NCBI GenBank assembly: GCA_012026655.1
Contig: JAAILG010001612.1
Coordinates: forward strand, 1 to 64,000
Reading direction: 5' to 3'
DNA: 64,000 nucleotides
From: Hydrolagus affinis
Lineage: Eukaryota
Shown piece after piece: positions 1 through 10,560 of the stretch. The notes beneath the pieces were generated by a model that saw nothing but the letters and a program-made list of their open reading frames with translations, had not been told where the DNA came from and searched no databases. Every line of letters begins with the position of its first letter. Position 1 is the first letter of the stretch. The translations under genes were made by a program, and so were the position numbers.

Positions 1-250
1 AAAAAATATATGGTATGTACAGAAAACCATATGATACACAGCATCGTCAGAGAGAATGCAGGTTAAACATTTTGAATATCAAATGTCTTCATGCACTGGT
101 GGTTTAAAAGCATGTCACTTTTAAATCAGATAAATGATCTGGCTTGTTTCAAAAGCAGCAGAAAGAAAAAGCTACAGTACTTTCAATATCTGCATTTGAA
201 GTGTTCTGAACCTACCTACTGTGGCCTAGTATCCGTCTGTGGTTAACAAC

Positions 251-310
251 AATAATCCTTGCAGTTGATACAGCGCCTGTCACATCAGGAGGACATTTCA
301 AAGTACTTCA
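251..310 (-). mobile_element. Degenerate SINE 3' tail fragment
   Basis: aataatccttgcagttgatacagcgcc is the reverse complement of the family tail. Confidence 0.6.
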
Positions 311-685
311 CCAGATCGATTATAAAACGCAGTGACTCCTTCTGTTGCAGGTGAACGCAGCAGGAATTCACTTATGATCTACAAGAGTGGAAGGTCGGGG
401 CAAAGCGTAGGGATTGGGGGAGAAAGATCTCTTTCGAGAAAGTTCTTTTCAAGATTGAAAAGCCTCTCTTCGCCCATACCCCAAAACTCTGCTCCTAAAC
501 TTCCTCATGAAGAAGGGGAGAGCACCAAGGTGAAATTTTGCGCATCAGTTCACTATGGGCAGAGTCTGCACCATTGCCTGTTTTTTAAACCAAAATAAAT
601 ATTTATTTGGTAAATATGTACGTGTTTACACTTATCGCAGAACAAATCAAAACCCAACACAGTCAGACCCAACACAAAATATATG

Positions 686-777
686 GTCACTTCACTTTAC
701 AGTATGTTACTGTGAAATATTTTGAGACATCTCAAACGCATGATGAGGCAGTATATCAAACACAAGGATTATTATTG
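686..777 (+). mobile_element. SINE 3' tail fragment
   Basis: ttcactttacagtat...tttgagacatctc...atatcaaacacaaggattattatt. Confidence 0.7.
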
Positions 778-1008
778 TAGGATTACTAGATAGCACACTG
801 TTGTTCCATTACAGGATGCAAATGGGATTTGGCTACACCCCCCCCACCCCCTCCACCCACACACACACTTTACATGGAGTGCGGACAGGTTAGCAGCTTG
901 GTGCAGTGAAACAATACTTGGTGATTTTGACTCATGACCTGCTCAGATTGGTTTGCTTGTCCTTCCACAAAGCAAGAGTCTCTAGAGAACACTATTTCTA
1001 TTCCTGTT

Positions 1009-1317
1009 TGAGACGTCTCAAAGTGCTTCACAGAATACACAGTAAAGTGAATTGACTGTATATTTTGGGGGTAAAACATGGCGGCCACCTGCGCACACCA
1101 GTGTCCCACAACTTGTTGTGGATTGAAGTGTCCAATTTTTTTTTTAAGGGATTATTATCCTCAAAAAAGCAATCTGCCAATTGACTAACAACTGGGTTCC
1201 TACTTATGCTAGGCCAGCCGAGGAAAGTTGCCCAACATTTTGCCCCGCCGGGAATCGAACCGCAAGGTCTCTCACTTGCGAGACGAGTGCTCTTACCACT
1301 GAGTTACAGGACTCCAC
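1009..1317 (-). mobile_element. tRNA-derived Deu-domain SINE (SINE2-1_CM-like, long variant), 3' tip missing
   Basis: On -: GTGGAGTCCTGTAACTCAGTGG (A box), GTTCGATTCC (B box), GTGGGACAC Deu core; matches many other copies in this window. Confidence 0.9.
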
Positions 1318-1747
1318 AATTAAGGGAACCAGCATGCCCACCGCAGGAAATCCACTCTGATGCAAACAACTATCAGACTTGGAGCTCCCATGGTTCAATG
1401 TGAGGGGGTGATGTGTTTCAAGTTGCAGGAAGGTCTGTCTGCTCAGCATTGTTTAATTAAGAAATCGCCACTTGTTAGTCCCCCATTGTCACAACCACCG
1501 AAGAGAGAAAGGCAAGTGCAAAATGTGAATACGGCACAGTTAGAAGTATACCAATAAACTTAGTTGTTAATCAATGAAATGATGTTGTGAAGTGACTGTG
1601 AGAGAGATTGATATGTACATATGCTCTGTATGCTCAACAGGTCTGTGGATTCTACAGAACAAGCTGCTGCTCCCATTGGCAATGAATCGAGTGGACAAGT
1701 GCTTTATTACTTCATAGCACAATATTTTGCATGAGATACTACTTTAC

Positions 1748-1756
1748 CTTGACAAA
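1748..1756 (-). other. Weak candidate 9-nt micro-exon (TTTGTCAAG)
   Basis: On -: gtgtgtttctctctctAG|TTTGTCAAG|GTaaagt; good pyrimidine tract, weak donor. Confidence 0.2.
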
Positions 1757-1897
1757 CTAGAGAGAGAAACACACTTGTAGTTTACTCCTTTGCAGTTCAA
1801 TATGTCTGTTCTCCATATCTCAATTTGAGAAATTGCATTCACATGTTGAATTTATTTATTGACATGATTTATATCTATATATGTAATATAATAATGT

Positions 1898-2076
1898 AAT
1901 AATCCTCACATTTGATATAGTGCTTTTCACATCTAGACATCTCAAAGCGCCTCACAGAATATAGCATAAAGTGAATTGACTGTATATATGTGGGTGAAAC
2001 GTGGCAGCCAATTGTGCACAGAAGTGTCCCACAAACAGTCCTGAATTGAAATGACCAATTTTTGTTAAAGGATTAT
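1898..2076 (-). mobile_element. SINE 3' half (Deu core and tail)
   Basis: gtcccacaaacagtc core and aatcctcacatttgatatag tail. Confidence 0.9.
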
Positions 2077-2261
2077 ATACCATTATATATATACCCACCA
2101 AGCAATTTGGTCTGGAAGGTTTGATGAGTTTGGTAATACAGCAGTATGAGTGGTCAAGGGCATGGAAAAGTCACAGAGAATAACACATTGTCTCCAGTCA
2201 GTAATTCATAAGGTGAACCTGCATGGAAACAAGCTGTTTACTAGTCCGTGACAGCGTTTAT

Positions 2262-2425
2262 ACTCTGCAATGAGCCTCCACCTTTCGTCCACCCATTTAT
2301 TCTCTTCTCCCTCGTGTAAGAATGAAGTTTTCTCCTAAATATATTGATGCTTTTTGCTTCATCCACAGTTTTCACCAGTGAGTTCCACAATCTTACCACG
2401 CTTTGCTTGAAGAAGTTCCTCGTAA
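2262..2425 (-). mobile_element. CR1 LINE 3' fragment
   Basis: Minus translation RNFFKQSVVRLWNSLVKTVDEAKSINIFRRKL resembles the CR1 ORF2 C-terminus. Confidence 0.8.
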
Positions 2426-2534
2426 ACATCCTATGAGATCTACTGTGTGGCTTTCGTCCACCCTCCCACCCCCACTCATCCTGCCCACCACCCCTACTGA
2501 CCCCAATACTCAGCTTGGGTCCAACGCCCCTGGG

Positions 2535-2708
2535 AGGACTTTCCGAAGTGAAGGACACTATACAAGTGCAATCTGTTATTTCGACCGCGCCTTCAGTCAC
2601 CTTTTTCCCCCTCCCTCTGGCTCGGGCCCAGGATCCATTATTATGAAGCGCTCTGAGACGCCGTCCAGCGTGGAGGGCGCTATATAAATCAAAGTTGTTG
2701 TTGTTGTG
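2535..2708 (+). mobile_element. L2 LINE 3' end (subfamily A)
   Basis: gaagcgctctgagacgccgtccagcgtggagggcgctatataaatcaaag(ttg)n. Confidence 0.85.
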
Positions 2709-2831
2709 AGATACTTTATATTTTGCCATCTCATAGTAACATAGCAATAATAATAAGTAATAAAAATAACAAGTAATGTTAAAATACAAGCGTTGGAGTC
2801 CAAATTCCAAACTGCTGGTGAGAAGCTACAA

Positions 2832-3026
2832 TAATTGGGCGATTCGCCCACAAATATACAGTCAATTCACTTTACAGTATATTCTGTGAAGCGCTTTGGG
2901 ACGTCGATAAGATGTGAAAAGCGCTATATTAAATGCAAGGATTATTATTATTATAATGGTAACAGTAATAATCCCTGCATTTGATGTCGTGTCATATCAC
3001 ATCTTCGAGATGTCTCAAAGCGCTTC
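2832..3026. mobile_element. Two SINE tails, tail-to-tail (+ 2832-2953, - 2965-3026)
   Basis: Family tail gtgaagcgctttgggacgtc...aaatgcaaggattattatt followed by its reverse complement. Confidence 0.85.
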
Positions 3027-3627
3027 AAACTCAGTCATCACTTCACTGCACATGTGTGGGGTACATGAGGGAGCTTCTGACAGTAAATAGTCTGAACTTT
3101 GACTGTGGTTTTGGTCATCGAGTCATCAGCTAGCAATAACAAATGCTTTGAGATGCCTCCCAGTGTGAAAGTCACTGCATAAATGCCCACTGTATTATGT
3201 CTATGATATTGGCCAAACATTCAAATACTGCCAATATTTTTACTTTAACTTGCAAATTTTCCTTATTATCAAGGAGAATAGTACATTGATTCATGATCAA
3301 AATATCCGATTGCCATCAAAATATCCTCAAAGACAGGAGAGCATTTTGTGCAATCATATTAATCTGCGGAGATTATGATTGTGTGCCACAATGGGGTATT
3401 TAGTACTAGTTGATTCATTAGATATTTGGCAAACATTTCTGGAGTTCAAGATTGTTTCTTTGATTTATTAAAATGGAGCTCCATCATTTTCTACTCCCAA
3501 GATCTAAAAGACGCAGATAAATGATGGGAAGGCTGTAGAAAAGTGAATTCAGAAATAGCTAAACAACTCAACAGGAAACAAGTCATGTCAAAGGCAACGC
3601 AAGATAAAGCCATATTTGTCAGTTGTG

Positions 3628-3860
3628 CATCAGCCTGGCTCAGTTGGTAACACTTGCGTTTCTGAGTCAGAAAATAATGGGTTCAAGCTCCACATCGGTA
3701 CTTTGAGCTTGCAGTCGAGCCTGATTCTCCCCGTACTGTTTCTGTAGATAAAACTATAATAATGTCCCACAAACAGTTATGAAGGGAATGACCAATGTTT
3801 TGTTCTGGATGATGTTTGTCCCAGATGCTGGAAGAAACTCGCTGCTCTTTTCAAATCATG
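3628..3860. mobile_element. Old SacSINE1-like DeuSINE fragments (+ head 3628-3725, - body 3760-3860)
   Basis: tcagcctggctcagttggtaacac...ctgagtcagaa...gggttcaagc head, same as the copy at 30014. Confidence 0.75.
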
Positions 3861-4194
3861 TCTACACAGTTCGTGCTCAATAACATGTAGAATTGAACCG
3901 GGAACTTGCCTCAGCTTAGGTAACACAAAATGAAAGCCTAATTTTAAAGGAGATAAACCTCGCAGTAATGGTGCTGTGTTAACTCACACTATAGCAGCAG
4001 AAGGCTCAACAGCAACTGTCAGTGTAACATCACAACAGAAGCAGCAATTGAAAAGGCAAAAAAAAGGGAGTGAAGTACTGTATACACAAATGGGAATTAC
4101 AGAGAAAAAATAGGAGGAGGAATAAAACGGAACCCACGGCAACAGAACAATAGAGATACATAAAGTGATACAACCCGAAAACAGGCCCCCAAAT

Positions 4195-4342
4195 AATAAT
4201 AAATCAGTCCCTCAAATCATGACTGTTTGTGGGACACTGCTGTCGCCCACAAAAACATACAGTCAATTCATTTTACAGCATATTCTTTGAGATGTCTAGA
4301 AGATAAGGTCAGGTGCTATATCGAAGGCAAGGATTATTATTA
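4195..4342 (+). mobile_element. SINE 3' half with internal deletions
   Basis: gactgtttgtgggacactgctgt core and gcaaggattattat tail. Confidence 0.85.
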
Positions 4343-6487
4343 TGATTTGGCACTGGTGCTGGCTAGTGTTCAGAACCAAAATTCAAACCCCAACATGTGC
4401 CTAACATTCCCGAACATCAATTTAGAGGAGGGTAGTTTCCGAAGAGGCCATATTGGTAAAGGCGTCCATGATTTGCGGCAGGTTTGGGAGTGTGTTCCAC
4501 ATCAACCCGAACCAGGCCAGTCCAATCATCATTTCCTTTTGTAATGCATAGAAGACTGCTAGGCACTGGGTAACATGAGTGAGATTAGGATGTGAATCCT
4601 TCTGCAGCCTGTAGTGGTTTATAATAAATATAACCAAGTTAGATCTCAACTGGAACTAGGTGACAGAACTGTGGAGCATTGGAAAACGTAGAGAGTTTGG
4701 GAGGTTTTTGCTCAGAAGGGGATGAAGTTCTCAATTATAACAGCAACATACCCATGGTTCTCCAAAGATTAAAAGGAGAAAACTTTCTTACAGCATCCAA
4801 ATGTAATCATCAGTAACCATCAGACACTAAGAGCATTCACGATGGAAGCTAATCAACAAAGCTGCAGCTAACATGGACCAGCTAATGAACACTGCTGGCA
4901 TAACTGAAGGACTCTAATTCCAGGAACCTACAGCAGCCTCCAGCAAATCGGTATCCTACTGGGAAGCTGGACTTGCAGACTGCATTAAGGAACCGAAAAC
5001 TAATAGGGAGTGATTTGAAAAAGCACTTCGAGCAGAAGCGATGAAGAGAAATTTAAGACGGAATATATATTCACAATAAGCAACTAAACACAGTCACCGA
5101 AACGCCTACTTGTCTCCCTTGTTCAAAATGATCGCAGTTTGAGATATGAAATAACTGTCTCTATTGTATTGTCTACAGAACCACTTACCAGCACTGACTC
5201 CCCACAGATTGAATTAAGGCCACTATATGGCCCCCCAAAAATGTGAGTTTCATGTCATTCCAGGTCATAAAGTTACATTGTGAATTTGGAAGCTGGTTGT
5301 TGGGAATTGTGTAAAACAAAGTCTTGGCATTAAAACTGTATCCTGATCTCTTAGCTTGGCTGGTCACCATTCTTCCAGTCTTTCCAAAGCTGGAGTTCGA
5401 ACACTGCCATCTCCCTCCATTACCCTTGCTGGATAAAACTACAATGACATAGTTATCTCTGGCATTTACAGCAGCCGCCATATTGTTCTTAACGAGAACC
5501 CTTCAAGAATAGCCCTGTGCATAAAAGTGACTTTAGCCAAAGGATAATTAATGACTGGAATAGGTTGCCAGAACAGGGAGGGGTGGTTGAGGCCAGGACA
5601 TTTGACGCTGTGATGGGAGGACAGTAGGTTTGCTGTTCTGCCTTCTTTATCCAAACTAACCTTGTGATCTTGCGTGATCATGTTCAGTTACATTATGTAG
5701 TTTGCTCTTCACTGCAACTACATATAACAGTGGCTTCATCGTTCATTCAGAACTGACCAATTTCCCTAGAAATGGGACAAGTCAATACCCTTTCAAAACA
5801 TGAAGCTTGAGGTTGCAACATGTGATGAGTTGTGTTCAAATACTGGGATGGACTTGATGTATGCATTATAACAAAGGTACTTGTTACTTCTCTCACAGTG
5901 GAAAGAAATAACATTGGCTGCTAATAAAAGCCCAAAAGGTTGCTACAGATATATCTGAACTGCACATAAATCTCTGAGCGTTAACAAAAAAAACAGCTCA
6001 TTCAAGCTTCTTGCCTTTCTTGTCACTCGTTTCGGTTAACTTGGGACCTTGGGTGGAAAATGTAAATGCGCAAACAAAACTATTGTAATGAAAACATTAT
6101 GCAAATGTAAAACTTAAATTTTTTTAAGCAAAAAGCTATGTCCCCCCCCCATGTCCAGTGCACACAAGCTGCAAAATCTTCTACTGCCCCCTTGTGGTCC
6201 ATGGGATACCTACAGATGGCTGAACTACAAGAATCAATTAGCTGCTGCATTTTGTTGGGCAGAGGCACAGAGACACGAGTTATGATTCCATCAAGATCCT
6301 TTGAGGTTTTAAGAGATATCGAGGAGAAGTTGCATGGATAATGGATACTCTGCTGTTTCAAGGAAAGGAATTTTAAAAGAGCCCTTCTCTAATTGTACTT
6401 TACATTTATAATCAATATAATAATAATCCTTGTATTTGATACTGTGCCTTTCAGGTTGGGGTGATGTCATTTTACTGTGAAGCGCAG

Positions 6488-6670
6488 TCTCGCCTCGCAC
6501 CCTCTTTTCTCAGCTTCAGGTCCCAGCTGAAGACCTTTCTCTTCGACCGTGCCTTTGGTCACCTTTCTACCCCTGCCCCTGGCTCGGTCCCGGAATCTGC
6601 TATTGTGAAGCGCTCTGAGACGTCGTCCGGCGTGGAGGGCGCTGTATAAATCAAAGTTGTTGTTGTTGTT
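6488..6670 (+). mobile_element. L2 3' end (subfamily A)
   Basis: FRSQLKTFLFDRAF translation, stem-loop tail, (TTG)n. Confidence 0.9.
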
Positions 6671-6680
6671 GCGACTATGT

Positions 6681-6978
6681 ACAACAACAACAAATTGGAT
6701 TTATATAGAGCCCTCCACGCCGGACGGCGTCTCAGAGCGCTTCACAATAGCAGATCCCGGGACCGAGCCAGGGAGGAGGGGGAAAGAAGGTGACCGAAAG
6801 CGCGATCAAAAAGAAAAGTCTTTAGCCGAGACCTGAAAATAGGAAAGGAGGGGGGAGAGGCGAAGGGGGTGAGGAAGGGAGTTCCAGAGCCATACCCGGT
6901 AGAGCGAAGGCAACGGGTGCTGTTATGAAGAGAGAGGAGGTCAGAGAGGTAGGGGGGTGCACAGGACTGGAGGGATCC
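6681..6978 (-). mobile_element. L2 3' end (subfamily A), inverted to the previous copy
   Basis: (CAA)n then the reverse complement of the same tail. Confidence 0.9.
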
Positions 6979-7084
6979 TGAATGGAGGGATTCTGGATGT
7001 ATTCTGGATTCTGGATTCTGGATTCTGGATGTATTCTGTATACATATTCTAATATGTAATTTTATTATTATTAATTATTATTAA

Positions 7085-7306
7085 TAATAATAATCACCCA
7101 AAAAAACACAATAATAAAATTGGTCATTTGAATCCACGATAATTATTAATAATAATAATATTACATATTAGAATATGTATATAGAATATGTATATAGAAT
7201 ACATCCAGAATACATCCAGAATTCACTTTGCGGTATATTGTGTGAAGCGCTTTGGGACGTCGATAAAATGTGAAAAGCGCTATATCAAATGAAAGGATTA
7301 TTATTA
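7085..7306 (+). mobile_element. SINE fragment whose Deu core is replaced by an AT-rich insert
   Basis: aattggtcatttgaatccacga [insert 7141-7222] aattcactttgcggtatat...tail. Confidence 0.8.
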
Positions 7307-7340
7307 TGGTCAAGCACAGCACTGATTTTGAACTAAAACC

Positions 7341-7404
7341 GCTGTGTGAGGGTAGCGCTGTGTGAGGGTAGCACTGTGTGAAGTTACCGCTGTGTGAGGG
7401 TAGT
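7341..7404 (+). repeat. 16-bp minisatellite, 4 copies (GCTGTGTGAGGGTAGC)
   Basis: Units at 7341, 7357, 7373 (diverged) and 7389. Confidence 0.9.
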
Positions 7405-8139
7405 CACACTGTCGCTGTCCAAAACGGCACTTCAAGAGGCGAGATTAGGAGAAACGTTCAGTTCAAACTCTGACAATAAGAGAGTCTCTCAGTATCTCCC
7501 CACACGCTAAGAATAGACCAATTTGCTCTTCATCACAACGGAGCCGTGTACGCTGTCAGTTACAAACTAGCGGCTCAATATGCTCGGTCCTTACAGAATA
7601 TGACACAGACAGCTACTGAACAGTGCTTGGGACTCGACTAATAACAGACGTCGAAATAACTATTCTGTTACACCTGGGGATTTGATGGAAGAGAAAGTGC
7701 TATTCTGTAGGGTGGGAGAGTGAGAAAATGTATCATTTATTTTGTGTGGATTACTGAGTTCTGTTTGCTATTCGCGAGTCTTATAAAGAATCCTATTTGA
7801 AACGCCGTGGTTTAGATTCAGGAGTAAAATTTTCCCTCGTTTGTGTACCCTCACTGGGGCTTGTTCACACGGGGTGTAAAGCAGTTCGGCAGTTACCGCT
7901 GAGGCTAGTGAACGTAACTCAAACAATAAAAACCTCTGCTGCTTCAATCAAGGCAGCTTCAATTGCTGTGTAAACCTCGGGCAGATTGGATTTTCAAATG
8001 CTTATTTCTCAGTGTAATTAAACCTTCTTTAATTTTATTCTCCCCCCACAGGGCAACAGAACACCTACTGTCACAGGCCAAATACCCCTGCAAGCTCCAG
8101 CTCGATTCAAAATGTCCTCTCGTCTCTGGTTCCCCGAGA

Positions 8140-8275
8140 TAATCAGCCACGGTCGCTCCAGGGCAATGGCGCTCTCGGGTCAGAAAGGGGGCAAGTCAGC
8201 CAAAGGATCATGCACTTGACTGTAATTCAGAGAATTCTGCTGGAAGGTGTCCAGGAGGATAGGATCAGGCCTTGC
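8140..8275 (+). mobile_element. Ancient AmnSINE2-like SINE relic
   Basis: gggggcaagtcagccaaagg...ctgctggaag...gaggataggatcaggc resembles the AmnSINE2 core as recalled; related pieces at 22720 and 57150. Confidence 0.5.
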
Positions 8276-8300
8276 CACCCCCCACCCGCCCCTTTGGTAG

Positions 8301-8603
8301 GTGTCAGCCTGGATCAGTCGCTAGCACTCTCGCCTCTGAGTCAGAAGGTTCAAGCCCCACATTGGGACTTTGAGTCTAACGTGACACAACAGTGCCCCTG
8401 TGTTAGTCCTGCGTTGTACGTGTTACTGTTCCTCGGATGAGGAACATCTGAAATCAAGATCCCGTTTAAGGGCATGTTAAAGTTCCACCAAACTATTCGA
8501 AAAGGGAAAAGTATTTTCTCCCGATCGCACAATCTCACAGATCAAATTGCTCATTCACTTCATGGTTGTTGGTGGGGAATTGCTGTGCGCAAATTGGCTG
8601 CCA
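8301..8603 (+). mobile_element. SacSINE1-like DeuSINE (head to Deu core)
   Basis: gtgtcagcctggatcagtc...gcctctgagtcagaaggttcaagcccc...gctgtgcgcaaattggctgcc. Confidence 0.85.
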
Positions 8604-8671
8604 AGTCAGAGACAGAAGGCAATTGCTTACCTCCCCTCTAACTATGTATAATAATAAAAATAATCCTTGCA

Positions 8672-8893
8672 AAAATGCAAAAGATGCTGGAAATTTGAAA
8701 CAAAAACAGTAATCGTTGGGAACACTCAGCAGGTCAAGTCAGGCAGCATCTACGGAGAGAGGAAATTGAGTCAAACGTCTTGGGTCCACGACCCTTTGTC
8801 AGAACGGTCTGACGAAGAGTTGTGGATCCGAAGCGTTGACTCACTCACTTTCTTTTCTCCATAGATGCTGCCTGACCCGCTGAGTGTTCCGAT
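8672..8893. mobile_element. Penelope-like inverted-repeat (pLTR palindrome) element
   Basis: Arms 8719-8805 and 8807-8890 are imperfect reverse complements; resembles the abundant shark gatgctggaaat...ctcagcaggtcaggcagcatc repeat (recalled); flanked by duplicated aataatccttgca. Confidence 0.75.
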
Positions 8894-8929
8894 AATAATC
8901 CTTGCATTTGATGTAGATAGATATATATT

Positions 8930-8985
8930 TAGAATCGAACCCAGGTCTCCCGTTTGCAAGGCGAGTGCTCTTGCCACTGAGCTAC
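8930..8985 (-). mobile_element. SINE tRNA-head fragment
   Basis: On -: GTAGCTCAGTGG...GGTTCGATTC. Confidence 0.8.
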
Positions 8986-9164
8986 CATCTCCTTTGATCA
9001 CATCCCTGGTTCTCTTATTTCTAAACACCGCAAATGTGTCAAGCACCTTTCTAAAGTATTTTTTTCTAAGTGGACAACAGTATTGACCGTATCGGTCGTT
9101 GTCGTTGCTGTTGTGGGGAGGAGATTGCGGGAGATAATTGTAAAAAAAATTAAGAGTGAAATGA

Positions 9165-9295
9165 AGGCGAGATGAAAGGGTGTGGGGAGAAGGCAGGGCT
9201 GTGAGGTCGAATTGATCTCCTTTGTGCTGTGAGCCAGTGCGGACTCTATTGGTCGAATGGCCTCCTTCTGTGCTGCAGATTTCTATGTTTCAATG
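9165..9295 (+). mobile_element. CR1 3' UTR
   Basis: ggtcgaatggcctccttctgtgctgcagatttctatg, typical CR1 tail. Confidence 0.75.
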
Positions 9296-9669
9296 ATTTG
9301 ACACTATGTACTGTACGCTGCACTGGGAGTGCTTGCTTTAAGACCTGCCCTTGCTGTTTGGCTCTCTCTACTCTCCCTGACAATGACGGAAGGAAATAGT
9401 GAAGCTTCAATGTGGTCAGCATCAATACGTTTAATTTTATTCCATCCTCCCATTAGAGAAAGGAACAGCAGCAAAGCTTGCACTGACCTGGCTGGCTTTG
9501 CCAATGCCCAAACCTGCAATTCGAATCATCACTTCACAGAAGCTCATGCTGCTCACCCTCAGGAAATCCACGACAACTGGTCTGTCTACAAAATACACTG
9601 TCAGCAGACTTTACAGTAAATCTTGGGAGGCAATTCGAGACATCCTCTGGATGTGAAAGACGACAGAGT

Positions 9670-10195
9670 AATTTTTGATCCCCACAAAAATAATAATAAC
9701 TTGGTCACTCAATCCACGACTGTTTGTGGGACACGGCAGAGCGCAAGTGTCTACTGCGTTTCGCACACACACAAAATAATAATAGAAAATAATAATCCTT
9801 GTATTTGATAAAGCACTTTTCACATCTTCCAGACATCTCAAAGTGCTTCATAGAATATACTGTAAAGTGAATTGACTGTATATGGGCGAAACGCGGCAGC
9901 CAATTGCACACAGCAGTGTCCCACAAACAGTCGTGGATTGAAATGACCAATTTTTTTTTATTTTTATGGATTATTAAAAGGCATGTGGAGAAAGGAAACT
10001 TGCTAAGGTTTCGTCCTGCCTGGATTCAAACATAAGTCTCACGCTTGTAAGGCGAGTGCTCTAACCTATGAGCTACAGGACTCTACAATATACAGCTATA
10101 AAATATACAGATGATTCTCTTCACAGTATATTCTGTGCAGCAATTTGAGGTGTCTCGAAGATGTGAACAGCGCTACATCAAAGGATTATTAATAT
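9670..10195. mobile_element. SINE cluster: full-length - copy (9788-10086) between two + fragments
   Basis: Complete head, core and tail on -; + core at 9700-9770 and + tail at 10090-10195, probably one interrupted older copy. Confidence 0.9.
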
Positions 10196-10206
10196 TATTG
10201 TTATAT

Positions 10207-10350
10207 TGAATCATAGAAATCTACAGCGCTGTAGGTGGTCATTTAGCTAATCCAGTCTACCCAGGGTCTCACAACAAGAGAGATCTTACACCTTTGAGAC
10301 ACCTTCCTGGGCAGCGCACTCCACATTCTAACAACTTGCTATGTGATACG
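10207..10350 (-). mobile_element. Degenerate CR1 3' fragment
   Basis: atcatagaaatctacagc...gggcagcgcactccacattctaacaac. Confidence 0.6.
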
Positions 10351-10560
10351 GACTTTCAGAATGTAAGTATTATTATAACCAATATTAATAATTGTAAAAC
10401 TGAAACTATTCGATCAGTGCAAAGTCAATAAATTGACACCACTTAAATAAAGTTTAGTCCTCAGAAGAATTTTCTTTAAGCTACCCGGGGATGAGCCAGC
10501 AAAGGTAAAAAAAAAACCAGCCAGCGAAGATAAAATCCTGCTTCACACCCACCGGGCTTC

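Noticed and set aside
2241-2810. 189-aa minus-strand ORF
   Set aside because: Fusion of an antisense L2 tail and a CR1 C-terminal fragment
5185-5481. 98-aa minus-strand ORF ending at a TG|GTAAGT donor
   Set aside because: No recognisable protein and no convincing acceptor or promoter; may be chance
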